Shown one piece after another: positions 37,700-47,380 of a stretch of 64,000 nt of DNA. This DNA comes from Berkelbacteria bacterium GW2011_GWE1_39_12. GTDB taxonomy: Bacteria; Patescibacteriota; UBA1384; UBA12157. The notes beneath the pieces were generated by a model, which saw nothing but the letters and a program-made list of their open reading frames with translations, did not search any database and was not told the DNA's origin. A program made the position numbers and the translations under genes. The number at the start of each line of letters is the position of its first letter. Position 1 is the first letter of the stretch. Location of the stretch: positions 268,087 through 332,086 of the forward strand of contig CP011213.1 of NCBI GenBank assembly GCA_001029735.1, given 5' to 3'.

Positions 37700-38671
37700 A
37701 TGAAAATATTTTCGGGCATTCAGCCATCTGGCGTCGTTCATTTAGGTAACTATTTGGGCGCTATGAAAAATTGGGCCAATTTACAGAATTCGCCAGCTGG
37801 CGAAAACGAAGCCATTTTTTGCGTCGTTGATTATCACGCCATTACAGTTGATTATCCAAAAGACGAAATGCCGCAACGAATTATTAATGCTGCCAAAGAT
37901 ATTTTAGCCTCCGGCGTTGATCCTAATAAATCGACTTTATTTCTTCAATCCGACATTCCCGAACACACCGAACTTGCTTGGTTATTAAATACAATTACCA
38001 CTATGGGTGAACTTTCGCGGATGACCCAATACAAAGATAAAACTGCTAAACACGAGGAGCGTGCCGGCTTATTCGATTATCCTGTCCTCATGGCCGCCGA
38101 CATTATGATCTACAAAGCTGAAGGCGTTCCAGTTGGTGAAGATCAGGTCCAGCATGTCGAGCTGACTCGCGATTTAGTCCGACGATTTAACTCTAAGTTT
38201 GGCGATACTTTCCCTGAACCAAAACCACTATTAACTGAAGCCAAGCGAGTTATGAGTCTTTCGGGGTCAGGTAAAATGAGTAAATCCGACTCCCCTTCAA
38301 CCTATATCGCTATGACCGATGAACCGGATGTTATTCGCAAAAAGATATCGTCCGCTGTTACCGACGACGGACAATCCGATGATATTTCGCAATCAACTAT
38401 CAACTTGATTAATCTCTATGGCGAATTTGCCGGCCAAGGAGAAGCCGACAAATTCATGGAACAAAGAAAAGCTAAGACCATTAAATATTCAGAATTTAAA
38501 CCTGCTCTGGCCGAAGCCATCATAAATGAACTTGAACCATTTCAAAAACGCCGCGCCGGAGTAACAGATGAAGAAGTTAAAAAGATCTTCACCGATGGTG
38601 CTGCCAAACTTCGTCCAATCGCCCAGGAAACATTGAAAGAAGTTAAAGAAAAAATGGGTCTTATAATTTAA
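37700..38671 (+). CDS. trpS: tryptophanyl-tRNA synthetase
   Basis: IFSGIQPSGVVHLGNYLGA (HIGH-like) and GKMSKSD (KMSKS). 323 aa. Confidence 0.9.
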   Translation: MKIFSGIQPSGVVHLGNYLGAMKNWANLQNSPAGENEAIFCVVDYHAITVDYPKDEMPQRIINAAKDILASGVDPNKSTLFLQSDIPEHTELAWLLNTITTMGELSRMTQYKDKTAKHEERAGLFDYPVLMAADIMIYKAEGVPVGEDQVQHVELTRDLVRRFNSKFGDTFPEPKPLLTEAKRVMSLSGSGKMSKSDSPSTYIAMTDEPDVIRKKISSAVTDDGQSDDISQSTINLINLYGEFAGQGEADKFMEQRKAKTIKYSEFKPALAEAIINELEPFQKRRAGVTDEEVKKIFTDGAAKLRPIAQETLKEVKEKMGLII

Positions 38672-38682
38672 CAAGGAGTATA

Positions 38683-39162
38683 ATGTCATTAGAACAAAAT
38701 GATCAATCTCAAGAATCAGAACAAGACCAAAAACCGATCGTGGTTGAAAGTGAAGATTTTGAAATTCAGGGCGTTCGCCTACAAAAACAAAACGAAGCCA
38801 TTGCAGAATCTCTCGATTCCAAAGGCCGAAAAGCTCTAGAAATATTGCTCACGTCTCCTTATGAAGAAGGGCTTGCGACTGATCGAGTCAGTTTGCTAGG
38901 AATTCTCGTAAAATATTATCAAAACGCAGAAATACAAAACCCCGGTTGCTTAGATGAAAAATTAAATGAGGCCTCCGCAAAAATTATCGAGGTACAAAAA
39001 GAAATCGCCACGTTAGAAAAAAGTGTCGAAAAATACAGCGATAATCCAAATATTTCTGTGACTTTCAAGGGTATTTTAGATCAACGAAAAGACCTTCTTA
39101 AGTCCCAAGAGGCCTTTCTCAAGGCAATGCAAATTTTAAAGGGTGAAGAAAAAGCAGTCTAA
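38683..39162 (+). CDS. hypothetical coiled-coil protein
   Basis: ORF 11 nt after trpS. No family recognised. Confidence 0.45.
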   Translation: MSLEQNDQSQESEQDQKPIVVESEDFEIQGVRLQKQNEAIAESLDSKGRKALEILLTSPYEEGLATDRVSLLGILVKYYQNAEIQNPGCLDEKLNEASAKIIEVQKEIATLEKSVEKYSDNPNISVTFKGILDQRKDLLKSQEAFLKAMQILKGEEKAV

Positions 39163-39259
39163 AAAGAAATTTTTGCAGAAAGGTGTAAACAAATTACTAC
39201 CTTTCGCGAAAGCCATGCTTTAGAGGTTAAGAAATGGGTTTTATAATTTAATATTTATT

Positions 39260-39703
39260 ATGAATGATATTAAAATCGAACAACTAAAGAGTCTAAATAA
39301 AAAAGATTATCATGATTGCATGAACTTATTGCCCCAATTATTACCTACGGTAAAATTGCCAAGTTATGCTGAATTTGAAAAAATTATTAAATCCCCAACT
39401 ACAAATTTATTTATTGCAAGGGAAGAAAGTTCCCAACAAATAATCGGTATGCTAACTCTGATTTTTTATCGAATTCCTGTAGGCCTTTGCTCACGCATAG
39501 AAGATGTAATTATTGATGAAAATCATCGAAGAAAAGGGCTTGGCACTAGTCTTTGTAATGCTGCCATCGAAGATGCTAAAAAAGCTGAGGCAATGAAAAT
39601 CGATCTTACCTCAAACCCATCAAGGGAAGAGGCTCATCGCCTTTATGAGTCGCTTGGATTTTCCATCTATAATACAAGTGTTTATCGATTAGTCCTTCAC
39701 TAA
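39260..39703 (+). CDS. GNAT family N-acetyltransferase
   Basis: IEDVIIDENHRRKGLGTSLC (motif A with R/Q-x-x-G-x-G/A). Confidence 0.8.
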   Translation: MNDIKIEQLKSLNKKDYHDCMNLLPQLLPTVKLPSYAEFEKIIKSPTTNLFIAREESSQQIIGMLTLIFYRIPVGLCSRIEDVIIDENHRRKGLGTSLCNAAIEDAKKAEAMKIDLTSNPSREEAHRLYESLGFSIYNTSVYRLVLH

Positions 39704-39732
39704 ATCTAATCAAAATTTATTAAGGAGGGATT

Positions 39733-40239
39733 TTGAATAATCCTGCAAATTTTAATCAACCAGAACAGCAACCAGCTTCCGCCCCGGCACCAGTGGAGTC
39801 AGTTTTGGTTAATGAGCCAGTTCCAGCCCAGCAAATCCCAGCCAAACCGCTTATTGATAAAACAAAACTAACTAAAGTTATCATTATTTTGTTGGTTATC
39901 TTGATCATAGCTGTCGGTGGTGGTTTAGTTTATAGCTCATATAACAATAAGGCAAAAGCTAAGGACGCTAAAATTCGGGCTGATCTTCAAGAGATGAAAG
40001 TTTCTGCAGAGAAATATTACGATGAACATACAAATTCTTACAAAGATTGGACACCGGATCAAGGTCTAATTGCAGATGTAAAGAGCCAAGGCTCGGAGAT
40101 CCAATCCGAGATTACCGATCAACAATTCACTATCACCGCTTTACTTCCCAAAGCAAAAAATTATTATTGCGTTAAAAGAGATGCAATCATCGAAGTGGAC
40201 CAAACTACTCTCCAATCACTCTGTCCAATTACCAAATAA
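39733..40239 (+). CDS. pseudopilin/GspG-like (type IV pilin fold) protein with a non-canonical N-terminal TM anchor, paralog 1
   Basis: TTG start after AAGGAGGG. After the TM helix, NKAKAKDAKIRADLQEMKVSAEKYYDEHTNSYKDWTPDQGL parallels GspG ([38 protein letters not shown]). C-terminal Cys pair (YYC...LC). Confidence 0.5.
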   Translation: MNNPANFNQPEQQPASAPAPVESVLVNEPVPAQQIPAKPLIDKTKLTKVIIILLVILIIAVGGGLVYSSYNNKAKAKDAKIRADLQEMKVSAEKYYDEHTNSYKDWTPDQGLIADVKSQGSEIQSEITDQQFTITALLPKAKNYYCVKRDAIIEVDQTTLQSLCPITK

Positions 40240-40247
40240 GAGATTAA

Positions 40248-40715
40248 ATGAACAATCAAACTGATCAAATACTAACCCAACAGCCAATTAGTACCCCTCC
40301 GGTGAAAAAGCCTACGAGTTCTACGGCCGTTGTCTTGATTATCATTGGATCGATCATAGGGGTAATGATTATAATCGGTATTTTATCTGTAATGGTAACC
40401 GCTTCACTTGGCGGAGCAAAAGACAAAGCCAAGGATGTTAAAATCAAATCTGACGTGCACCAATTGAGGGCAATGGCCGAAACCTATTATAGCGATAATA
40501 AAGATTCTTACACTGGCTGGAAGCCAGACCAAGGAATCTTAAGCGATTTGGCCAACCAGAAATCAACCTTACAATTTGTCGCCAAAGACCAAAAAATAGC
40601 CCTCTTTGCTAAGCTAACAACTGACAATAATTATTACTGCAGTGATGAAATTCACTCCATTGTGGTTTCAGAAGTTACGCTTGATAAGGGTTGCCCGTTG
40701 CCCGTTATCAATTGA
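40248..40715 (+). CDS. pseudopilin/GspG-like protein, paralog 2
   Basis: Same architecture as paralog 1 (~35% identity): GAKDKAKDVKIKSDVHQLRAMAETYYSDNKDSYTGWKPDQGIL, C-terminal YYC...GC. Confidence 0.5.
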   Translation: MNNQTDQILTQQPISTPPVKKPTSSTAVVLIIIGSIIGVMIIIGILSVMVTASLGGAKDKAKDVKIKSDVHQLRAMAETYYSDNKDSYTGWKPDQGILSDLANQKSTLQFVAKDQKIALFAKLTTDNNYYCSDEIHSIVVSEVTLDKGCPLPVIN

Positions 40716-40771
40716 CAACTCAACCATAAGACTTTAAAATGTACCTAGATCAACACAAAGGAGACGATCGT

Positions 40772-40888
40772 ATGAAAAAGGTATTTTTAATGTTAGCCGC
40801 GATTGCCGTCGTTGTTTTGATATGCGATGGCGTCAAAAAATTCGCCTTAGATCAAGCTGATCTTGGCCTGGAAATGCTGGACGCATAA
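40772..40888 (+). CDS. 38-aa TM peptide (MKKVFLMLAAIAVVVLICDGVKKFALDQADLGLEMLDA)
   Basis: AAAGGAGA RBS 7 nt upstream. Not in ORF track. Confidence 0.45.
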   Translation: MKKVFLMLAAIAVVVLICDGVKKFALDQADLGLEMLDA

Positions 40889-40898
40889 GGAGAACAGG

Positions 40899-41021
40899 AT
40901 GAAAAAAGACGCGGACATTTCTTATTGGACTGCCTTTTTATGTCTGGCTTTCATCATCGTTTCGATTTTTATCGATTCAGCTAATAGCTTTCTAAACCGA
41001 ATCCTTCACAAAACCGCTTAA
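40899..41021 (+). CDS. 40-aa TM peptide (MKKDADISYWTAFLCLAFIIVSIFIDSANSFLNRILHKTA)
   Basis: TAAGGAGA RBS. Followed by terminator. Not in ORF track. Confidence 0.45.
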   Translation: MKKDADISYWTAFLCLAFIIVSIFIDSANSFLNRILHKTA

Positions 41022-41035
41022 CTGCGGTTTTTTTA
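41012..41035 (+). terminator. aaccgc-ttaact-gcggtt + T7
   Basis: Read directly. Confidence 0.6.
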
Positions 41036-41036
41036 A

Positions 41037-42392
41037 TTATCCTCGAATTATTCCTAGCACTTCGTCCTTTTTTTCTTCCATCAATTCTTTGGATTTTGCC
41101 TCTAAACACAATCGTAAAAGCGGTTCTGTGTTTGACGAACGAACATTGAATCGCCAATCTGGGTACTCTATCGAGATGCCATCTAACTCGTCTTGTTTGC
41201 CGTCGGCATATTTTTCTTTAATTTCTTTGATTTTTGCCTGAGCATCATTTACTTCGGTGTTAATTTCTCCTGGCATAAAGTATTTATCAAAATATGGTTT
41301 CAAAAGCGCATCTAAGTCGCCTTTTTTTGAAACCAATTCAAGAACTAAAAGTAGTGGGATAATACCGGAATCTGCATACCAAAAGTCCTTAAAATAGGTG
41401 TGTCCCGAAGACTCGCCGCAAAAAATGCCGTCTACTTCACGCATTTTTTCTTTAATAAACGAATGACCCACCCGTGAAACAACTGCGTTCCCCCCGTTTT
41501 CTTTTGCTGAATCAATTATTGCCCAAGTAAAGCGCGGATCGTAAACAATTGTGGAGCCAGGTTTTTTCTCTAGTTGTAATTTGATTAGCAAAGCGTTCAA
41601 GTAATAAGGCTCGAGAAAATTTCCGGATTTTGTGCAAAAGAAAACTCGGTCAGCATCCGCATCCCATGCTACCCCAAGATCAGCATTCGATGATTTAACA
41701 AGTTCAACAAATTCAGGTCGATTTTCCGGTCGGAACGGATCTGGCCGGCCCTTTGGAAAATTACCATCTGGAGTATTATTTAAGCCGACTATTTCAAGCG
41801 GAAGATTACCGGCTTCAATAACTTTTTTTAGCACTTCTCCCTCTAAACCAAAATTCGGATTATAAACAAGCTTTAATGGTTTAATAGCGGAAATATCAAC
41901 ATACTTTAAAACAAATTGAGCAAAGTCGACCATTATATCTTTCTTTTCGACTGAACCCTTCGTATCACTGTCCACTTTCTCTTTGCCAGCGATGATCAAA
42001 TCTCGCATCTCGTAAATACCGGTATCAGAAGATATTGGCTTTGCTTCTTCTCGAACCATTTTTAAACCATTGTATTCAGCCGGGTTATGCGAGGCCGTTA
42101 CTTGTAAGCCACCCTGATAACCGAAATTGCCGACAGCGTAGTAAAGCATTTCGGTTGAGATTAAGCCAACATCAACAACATCTATCCCCGCATCAGTTAA
42201 ACTTTTAATCAAACTTTCGGATAGTTTTTCAGACGAAAGACGAACATCATGACCAACCGCAATTTTGCCGTTAGGCTGGACTACTTTGACATAGGCTTGG
42301 CCGATTTTGTAGATCAAATCCTCGTTTATTTCCGACGGGTAAATCCCTCTAATATCATATGCCTTAAAAATTCCGGCATTAATTTCTTGCAT
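41037..42392 (-). CDS. phosphoglucomutase/phosphomannomutase
   Basis: GGLQVTASHNPAEYNGLK (phosphoserine loop TASHNP) and four alpha-D-phosphohexomutase domains. 451 aa. Confidence 0.88.
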   Translation of the reverse strand: MQEINAGIFKAYDIRGIYPSEINEDLIYKIGQAYVKVVQPNGKIAVGHDVRLSSEKLSESLIKSLTDAGIDVVDVGLISTEMLYYAVGNFGYQGGLQVTASHNPAEYNGLKMVREEAKPISSDTGIYEMRDLIIAGKEKVDSDTKGSVEKKDIMVDFAQFVLKYVDISAIKPLKLVYNPNFGLEGEVLKKVIEAGNLPLEIVGLNNTPDGNFPKGRPDPFRPENRPEFVELVKSSNADLGVAWDADADRVFFCTKSGNFLEPYYLNALLIKLQLEKKPGSTIVYDPRFTWAIIDSAKENGGNAVVSRVGHSFIKEKMREVDGIFCGESSGHTYFKDFWYADSGIIPLLLVLELVSKKGDLDALLKPYFDKYFMPGEINTEVNDAQAKIKEIKEKYADGKQDELDGISIEYPDWRFNVRSSNTEPLLRLCLEAKSKELMEEKKDEVLGIIRG

Positions 42393-42672
42393 TTTTTTCC
42401 TTTCAATATTTTAAGAAAATTCCGCAACAAGCTCAAAATTCACCAAAAATTTTCTTTCTTGGCTATAGTTTCATTTTACTTCCATGAGAATCATTTTACA
42501 AATATGAAAAAGCCGACGAAAATCCGCCGGCTGTCTCTCAAGTTCTAAGCAATCGGGACGACTTACGCGTTTTTTTACTCCGTGCGCTCGAAGTGCTTAA
42601 AAATTGAGGATGAAGATCCGATTGTAATACAGTTATTGCATTGATTGGCCTGTACAGGTCGGATCATCCCTG

Positions 42673-43089
42673 TTACAGGCTAAGACGATACTTTGAGTCA
42701 GTCCAAACCTTTTTCTGAGTTACGTATTCGGTTCGACCGACCCCAAAGGGTAGAACACCTGACGAGGCGGGCCTATCAATCCCCATCAGGTTGAAACGAT
42801 CAGCCAAGTTTGCAACTTGCTCCGCTTGAAAGCCGGGAGCCAAGGCAACATGGCCGGTCGTCCAGACGAACCCTACCAGGCTAAGACCGTAGAAGCCCGA
42901 TAGAGCGAGCAGGTGGAACGGGGTGAGCGACTCTGAAGCAACGAAATACATCCGTAAACCTCCCGCGACCAGCTCGGACAAGTGATAATTTCGGCACTCG
43001 ATTGCCGACATCGGAAATGATCCGACAAATCGAATATAGATTTTTCGCTCATCAGTGTCAAGATCTGTCAAGCGGTTATTAAACGCCAA
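42673..43089 (-). CDS. hypothetical protein (138 aa; GC-rich)
   Basis: TTG start. 11-nt overlap with upstream partner. Confidence 0.4.
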   Translation of the reverse strand: MAFNNRLTDLDTDERKIYIRFVGSFPMSAIECRNYHLSELVAGGLRMYFVASESLTPFHLLALSGFYGLSLVGFVWTTGHVALAPGFQAEQVANLADRFNLMGIDRPASSGVLPFGVGRTEYVTQKKVWTDSKYRLSL

Positions 43090-43543
43090 ACTCGGTCAGG
43101 TAGTTGTTGGCAGCTGTAATGGCCAGAAAATAATCATCTTTGTCTGACATCATCCCGTCTATTTCAAAACACATCGAGCTCTGCAGGTCGATATTATCTC
43201 CATGAATACGCGCTTCTTGCCCTAGATATATTGTCTTGAAATAACCTCGTTTCATTACCTCATCGAAAGATTCAGGCGGCAACTCAAATGTATCATTAAT
43301 CATGATCACTTTCCCGTCGGCCCGGATATCTATTAGAAAACCAAAAGCACAGTCATCAATCACGGCGATAAATAGGTTGCGGGAAGGAATCAGGCCACAA
43401 TTTGATAAGGCTAACTTCTTGATTTCGTCATACGTCTCTTCGTCCAACCCGCAATAAATTCCTGGACCGGAATTAGTGTTTTCATCTCCTTCAACACATT
43501 CGAGGAAGGCCAAAGTTTTCTCGGGTTGAGTCGCAATCAACAT
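43079..43543 (-). CDS. hypothetical protein (154 aa; GC-rich)
   Basis: ORF divergent from pyrG. No family recognised. Confidence 0.45.
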   Translation of the reverse strand: MLIATQPEKTLAFLECVEGDENTNSGPGIYCGLDEETYDEIKKLALSNCGLIPSRNLFIAVIDDCAFGFLIDIRADGKVIMINDTFELPPESFDEVMKRGYFKTIYLGQEARIHGDNIDLQSSMCFEIDGMMSDKDDYFLAITAANNYLTEFGV

Positions 43544-43634
43544 GTCTACACCCCCTTACCAAGATCTTAAACCTAATATTTTAAGTTCGTCAAATTTGAC
43601 AAATGAAAATACCATTGCTAAGTTGAAGATAACA

Positions 43635-45248
43635 ATGACCAAATATATCTTTGTCACCGGAGGCGTTCTCTCCGGACTCGGCAAGGGGGTAACAGCCGCC
43701 TCTATCGGTAATCTTTTGGTCTCTCAGGGATTCAATGTTTGGATGCAAAAATTTGATCAGTACTTAAATGTCGATGCCGGGACCATAAATCCCAATAAGC
43801 ATGGTGAAGTTTTTGTTTTGGATGACGGCGCTGAAACCGATCTTGATCTAGGTCATTACGAAAGATTTATCGATACCTCACTAAATAGAACCTCTTCAGT
43901 TATGACCGGTCAAATCTACAAAGCTATTTTGGAAAACGAACGAGCTGGCAAATATTTAGGCCAAGACATTCAAGTGATTCCTCATGTCACCGATGAAGTG
44001 AAACTCCGCATCACTCGAGCTGCTAAGGAAAGTAAGTGCGATATTTTAATCACGGAAATCGGCGGCACGATTGGCGATTACGAAGGTATGCATTTCGTTG
44101 AAGCTATCCGCCAGATGCGACACGATGTCGGTCAAAACAACGTCCTTTATGTTCACGTTGGGTTTTTACCTTATTTAGGCGCCTCGGAAGAATTAAAGTC
44201 TAAACCAATTCAAAACAGTGTTCACGATCTTTCAGGGCTTGGCATCCAACCGGATATTTTAATCGCCCGTGCCGATCATCCGGTCGAAAAATCGATGATT
44301 AAAAAGATTGCCTTATTCACTGGAATCGATGTTGAATCAATTATTCCTTTAGAAACAGTTGATTCGATTTACAAAGTTCCTCAAATTCTACAGAAATTTA
44401 ATGCCGATAAGATTGTCGCCGCCAAACTAAAACTTAAAATAAAAAATGGTAGCAGAACAAAATGGAATGAATTTATTAAAAAAATCGAGATAGATAAAAA
44501 GAAGACCGTAAAAATTGCTTTGATCGCTAAATATATGGGGCTGAAAGACACTTATTTTTCAGTTACCGAAAGTCTGAAAATCGCCGGAATTTGGCAAGGG
44601 GTCAAAACTGAAGTTGATTGGATCGATTCCGAAGAATTAGAAAATCTTCCGCCAAAAAAGATCGCTGCAAAATTTAAAGAGTACGATGGGATTTTAGTGC
44701 CAGGAGGCTTTGGAAGCCGCGGAATTGAAGGGAAAATTAGCGCTATAAAATATGCACGTGAGCATAAAAAACCGTTTTTAGGGCTGTGCTATGGCATGCA
44801 ACTAGCAACAATTGAGTTCGCCAGACACGTGGCAGGTTTGAAAGACGCTAACACTACTGAAGTTAATCCAAAAACATCTCATCCGGTTATTCATATCATG
44901 CCGGACCAAGAAAAAAAGATGCTCAAAAACGACTACGGCGGCACCATGAGACTTGGCGCATATCCTTGTAAAATAATAGATAATACAAAAACTGCCAAAG
45001 CATACGGAGAAAAAAATATTTCCGAGCGTCACCGCCACCGCTATGAATTTAATAATGAATATCGCGAGATCTTAACTAAAAAAGGCCTAGTAATTTCAGG
45101 CACTTCGCCCGATGATTTATTAGTCGAGATTATAGAGCTAAAAGATCATCCCTTTTTCATTGCAACCCAGTTTCACCCAGAATTTAAATCCAGACCTCTA
45201 AAACCCCATCCTCTCTTTTACGAGTTCGTCAAAAGTGCTTTAAAGTAA
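43635..45248 (+). CDS. pyrG: CTP synthase
   Basis: MTKYIFVTGGVLSGLGKG N-terminus, synthetase domain, C-terminal GATase (GLCYGMQ...). Start at ATG 43635, M32 of the ORF-track reading. Confidence 0.93.
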   Translation: MTKYIFVTGGVLSGLGKGVTAASIGNLLVSQGFNVWMQKFDQYLNVDAGTINPNKHGEVFVLDDGAETDLDLGHYERFIDTSLNRTSSVMTGQIYKAILENERAGKYLGQDIQVIPHVTDEVKLRITRAAKESKCDILITEIGGTIGDYEGMHFVEAIRQMRHDVGQNNVLYVHVGFLPYLGASEELKSKPIQNSVHDLSGLGIQPDILIARADHPVEKSMIKKIALFTGIDVESIIPLETVDSIYKVPQILQKFNADKIVAAKLKLKIKNGSRTKWNEFIKKIEIDKKKTVKIALIAKYMGLKDTYFSVTESLKIAGIWQGVKTEVDWIDSEELENLPPKKIAAKFKEYDGILVPGGFGSRGIEGKISAIKYAREHKKPFLGLCYGMQLATIEFARHVAGLKDANTTEVNPKTSHPVIHIMPDQEKKMLKNDYGGTMRLGAYPCKIIDNTKTAKAYGEKNISERHRHRYEFNNEYREILTKKGLVISGTSPDDLLVEIIELKDHPFFIATQFHPEFKSRPLKPHPLFYEFVKSALK

Positions 45249-45299
45249 AAATTGTTTTGCCATTGCGAGCAAAGCGAAGCAATCTTTTTTTGGATAGCA

Positions 45300-45334
45300 A
45301 AAAGCCCGCTGGTTAAAACCAAACGGGCCTTTTA
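45300..45334 (+). terminator. pyrG terminator aagcccg-ctggttaaaaccaaa-cgggcct + T4
   Basis: Read directly. Duplicated at 46181-46210. Confidence 0.55.
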
Positions 45335-45347
45335 AGTCGAGGGTTCG

Positions 45348-45668
45348 CTAGAAACGATGAAACTTAGTTATGATGGGCTGCGTCTGACCAGTACAGGGCT
45401 TTTCTCCGCTAGCATACCAGCAGAAGGTAGGGCCCGCCGAGTCTTCAGAATACATTGTGGCCAAAGTTATCTTTCGGCCTTCTCGGACTACTGAAGATCT
45501 TCTCGTATCTGCCTTTATACCTTCGTATTGAGTTCGCTCTGCTGGCACATAGACCATAATATATGGCTGCTGATCTTGAGGCATCTTCAATAGTTTTGCA
45601 AGCTCAGGGCCAACGGCATCATCGCTAAACTCAAACATAAACAAACCAATAGGCTCATCTTTTCCCAT
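45348..45668 (-). CDS. hypothetical protein (106 aa; GC-rich cassette gene)
   Basis: AGGAGGAGGA RBS. Sits between the two pyrG-3' repeat copies. Confidence 0.5.
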   Translation of the reverse strand: MGKDEPIGLFMFEFSDDAVGPELAKLLKMPQDQQPYIMVYVPAERTQYEGIKADTRRSSVVREGRKITLATMYSEDSAGPTFCWYASGEKPCTGQTQPIITKFHRF

Positions 45669-45805
45669 AGTTTCCTCCTCCTATCTTGTGATTGCTTAAT
45701 TTTTTCAAGCAACTGCATATTCTAATACATTCTTGCTTTTTTGTCAACCATAAAAAGACCTATTTGGTAGGTCATTGAATCAAAATTTGTAAAAATTTTA
45801 TTCGC

Positions 45806-46205
45806 TCGGCGGCACCATGAGACTTGGTGCATATCCTTGCAAAATAATAGATAATACAAAAACCGCCAAAGCATACGGAGAAAAGAATATTTCCGAGCGT
45901 CATCGCCACCGCTATGAATTTAATAATGAATATCGTGATCTCTTAACTGATAAAGGTTTAGTTATCGCTGGTACTTCCCCTGATGATTTATTAGTCGAGA
46001 TTATCTAAAGAATCATCCCTTTTTCATTGCAACCCAATTTCATCCAGAATTTCTTTCTCGTCCTCTTAAGCCTCACCCTCTTTTTGTTGAGTTTTTGAAA
46101 AAATGCTCTAAAGTAAAAATTGTTTTGTCATTGCGAGCAAAGCGAAGCAGTCTTTTTTGGATAGCAAAAAGCCCGCTGGTTAAAACCAAACGGGCTTCTT
46201 TTAAT
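45806..46205 (+). pseudogene. second copy of the pyrG 3' end (~250 bp, frame-disrupted by a small deletion) + its terminator; ~90% identical to 44927-45340
   Basis: ORF 45817..46008 translates [40 protein letters not shown]..., nearly identical to pyrG residues ~435-500. The downstream terminator is also duplicated. Confidence 0.8.
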
Positions 46206-46229
46206 AGTTTATTTACCCTTTTCAGGGCA

Positions 46230-46421
46230 TCAAACCTTTTCCAGATCACCTTTGCTGTCGATAACCCAGCCAGGAACACTGATTGCCCCGCTGGCGATTG
46301 CTGCTTTGAGGAAATTCCCCTGCAGTCCGTTCTCGACGCCCGGAATATGAGTACCGGAGAGCTTCTTTTGTAGCTCTTCGACGAGCTGCTGCTCAGGCTT
46401 CTTCTTGTTTCGTCCGAACAT
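46230..46421 (-). CDS. hypothetical small protein (63 aa; GC-rich)
   Basis: AGGAGGAAGAA-ATG context. Confidence 0.45.
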   Translation of the reverse strand: MFGRNKKKPEQQLVEELQKKLSGTHIPGVENGLQGNFLKAAIASGAISVPGWVIDSKGDLEKV

Positions 46422-46612
46422 TTCTTCCTCCTAATCCCTGCCTCATCTAAAGCTGCGGGAATGCCAGAACGGCATTGAGAAATCTGGTACAAAAGCCAAA
46501 AAGGCATTAAGGTACAAATTGCGACTTTCATCGCCGAAACTTACGATTTTCGTCACAAGCTTCGGGACGAGGCCGTGGGTCAAAAGACCCACGGCCGCCT
46601 ATTTAAACCCTG

Positions 46613-46933
46613 CTACTCAGGAACAGGGCAGTAGCCCTGTTTTTTCCAACCCTCCCAACCTTTTTCTGGTCGGGAGGAGATGCAGACATACGTCCGCTCG
46701 TCCTGCTTTCGCAGGGCTTCTTTTCTAAGCGCCTCGATTATCAGACGCTTGTTCCTGACCACGTCGTCCATGCTGATACTGTTACCATCGATTTTTACAA
46801 AAAGATGGTCGTTTATCATTCTAGCCGTCACAAACTCTCCCTCAGCCACCTTAAAGGTAACCCGAGGATAGAGATCCCCTGCCGCCGGAGATGTTGTGCT
46901 GTGTAGAGACAGCACTAAGTTATTTTTTTTCAT
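46613..46933 (-). CDS. hypothetical protein (106 aa; GC-rich)
   Basis: GGAGGGAAGAA-ATG context (same RBS style as the 63-aa gene). Start at MKKNN (46933). Confidence 0.45.
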   Translation of the reverse strand: MKKNNLVLSLHSTTSPAAGDLYPRVTFKVAEGEFVTARMINDHLFVKIDGNSISMDDVVRNKRLIIEALRKEALRKQDERTYVCISSRPEKGWEGWKKQGYCPVPE

Positions 46934-47128
46934 TTCTTCCCTCCGATCCGACTTTAACTGCCACACTGGGTCAGTTGCATTTTGATAGATCAATGCCATC
47001 GAACCGATTCGAAGATTTTGCCCTGCTTAGCACGGCGTGGCCAAACATTTACCAAAGTAAATGCTCGACACATACTGCGCTAAATCTAAAATATATGATA
47101 AAAAACTTATTACAATAATTGCCAATTT

Positions 47129-47350
47129 AACCACCAGTTACACCTGTTAAGATATAAACCTGGTCATACCTGTTTAGCCTCGCAAAAACGCCATTTTGGC
47201 ATTTTTTAAGACCAATCGTACCATATTTAACCTGTTAAATTGGGCATGAGTTGTCAAAGTTCTTTGCAATCTGCCTTTTGGGCTTCCGATTGTCCAACAA
47301 GAAAGTATAACACAAAAAGACCAAAAAGTCAAGCCATTAACAGGTTAGAT
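47129..47350. repeat. iteron-like sites: ACCTGTTAA x3 direct (47143, 47170, 47229; the last a near-palindrome TTAACCTGTTAA) and one inverted (47335 TTAACAGGTTA)
   Basis: Read directly. 450-bp non-coding stretch upstream of the 46933 gene and 3' of VanW. Confidence 0.4.
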
Positions 47351-47380
47351 TGGCAATTTTACATTAGTGCTTTTTTGATC

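Noticed and set aside
45817-46008. 63-aa ORF annotated as possible gene
   Set aside because: It is a truncated, frame-broken copy of the pyrG C-terminus (pseudogene fragment), not an independent gene.
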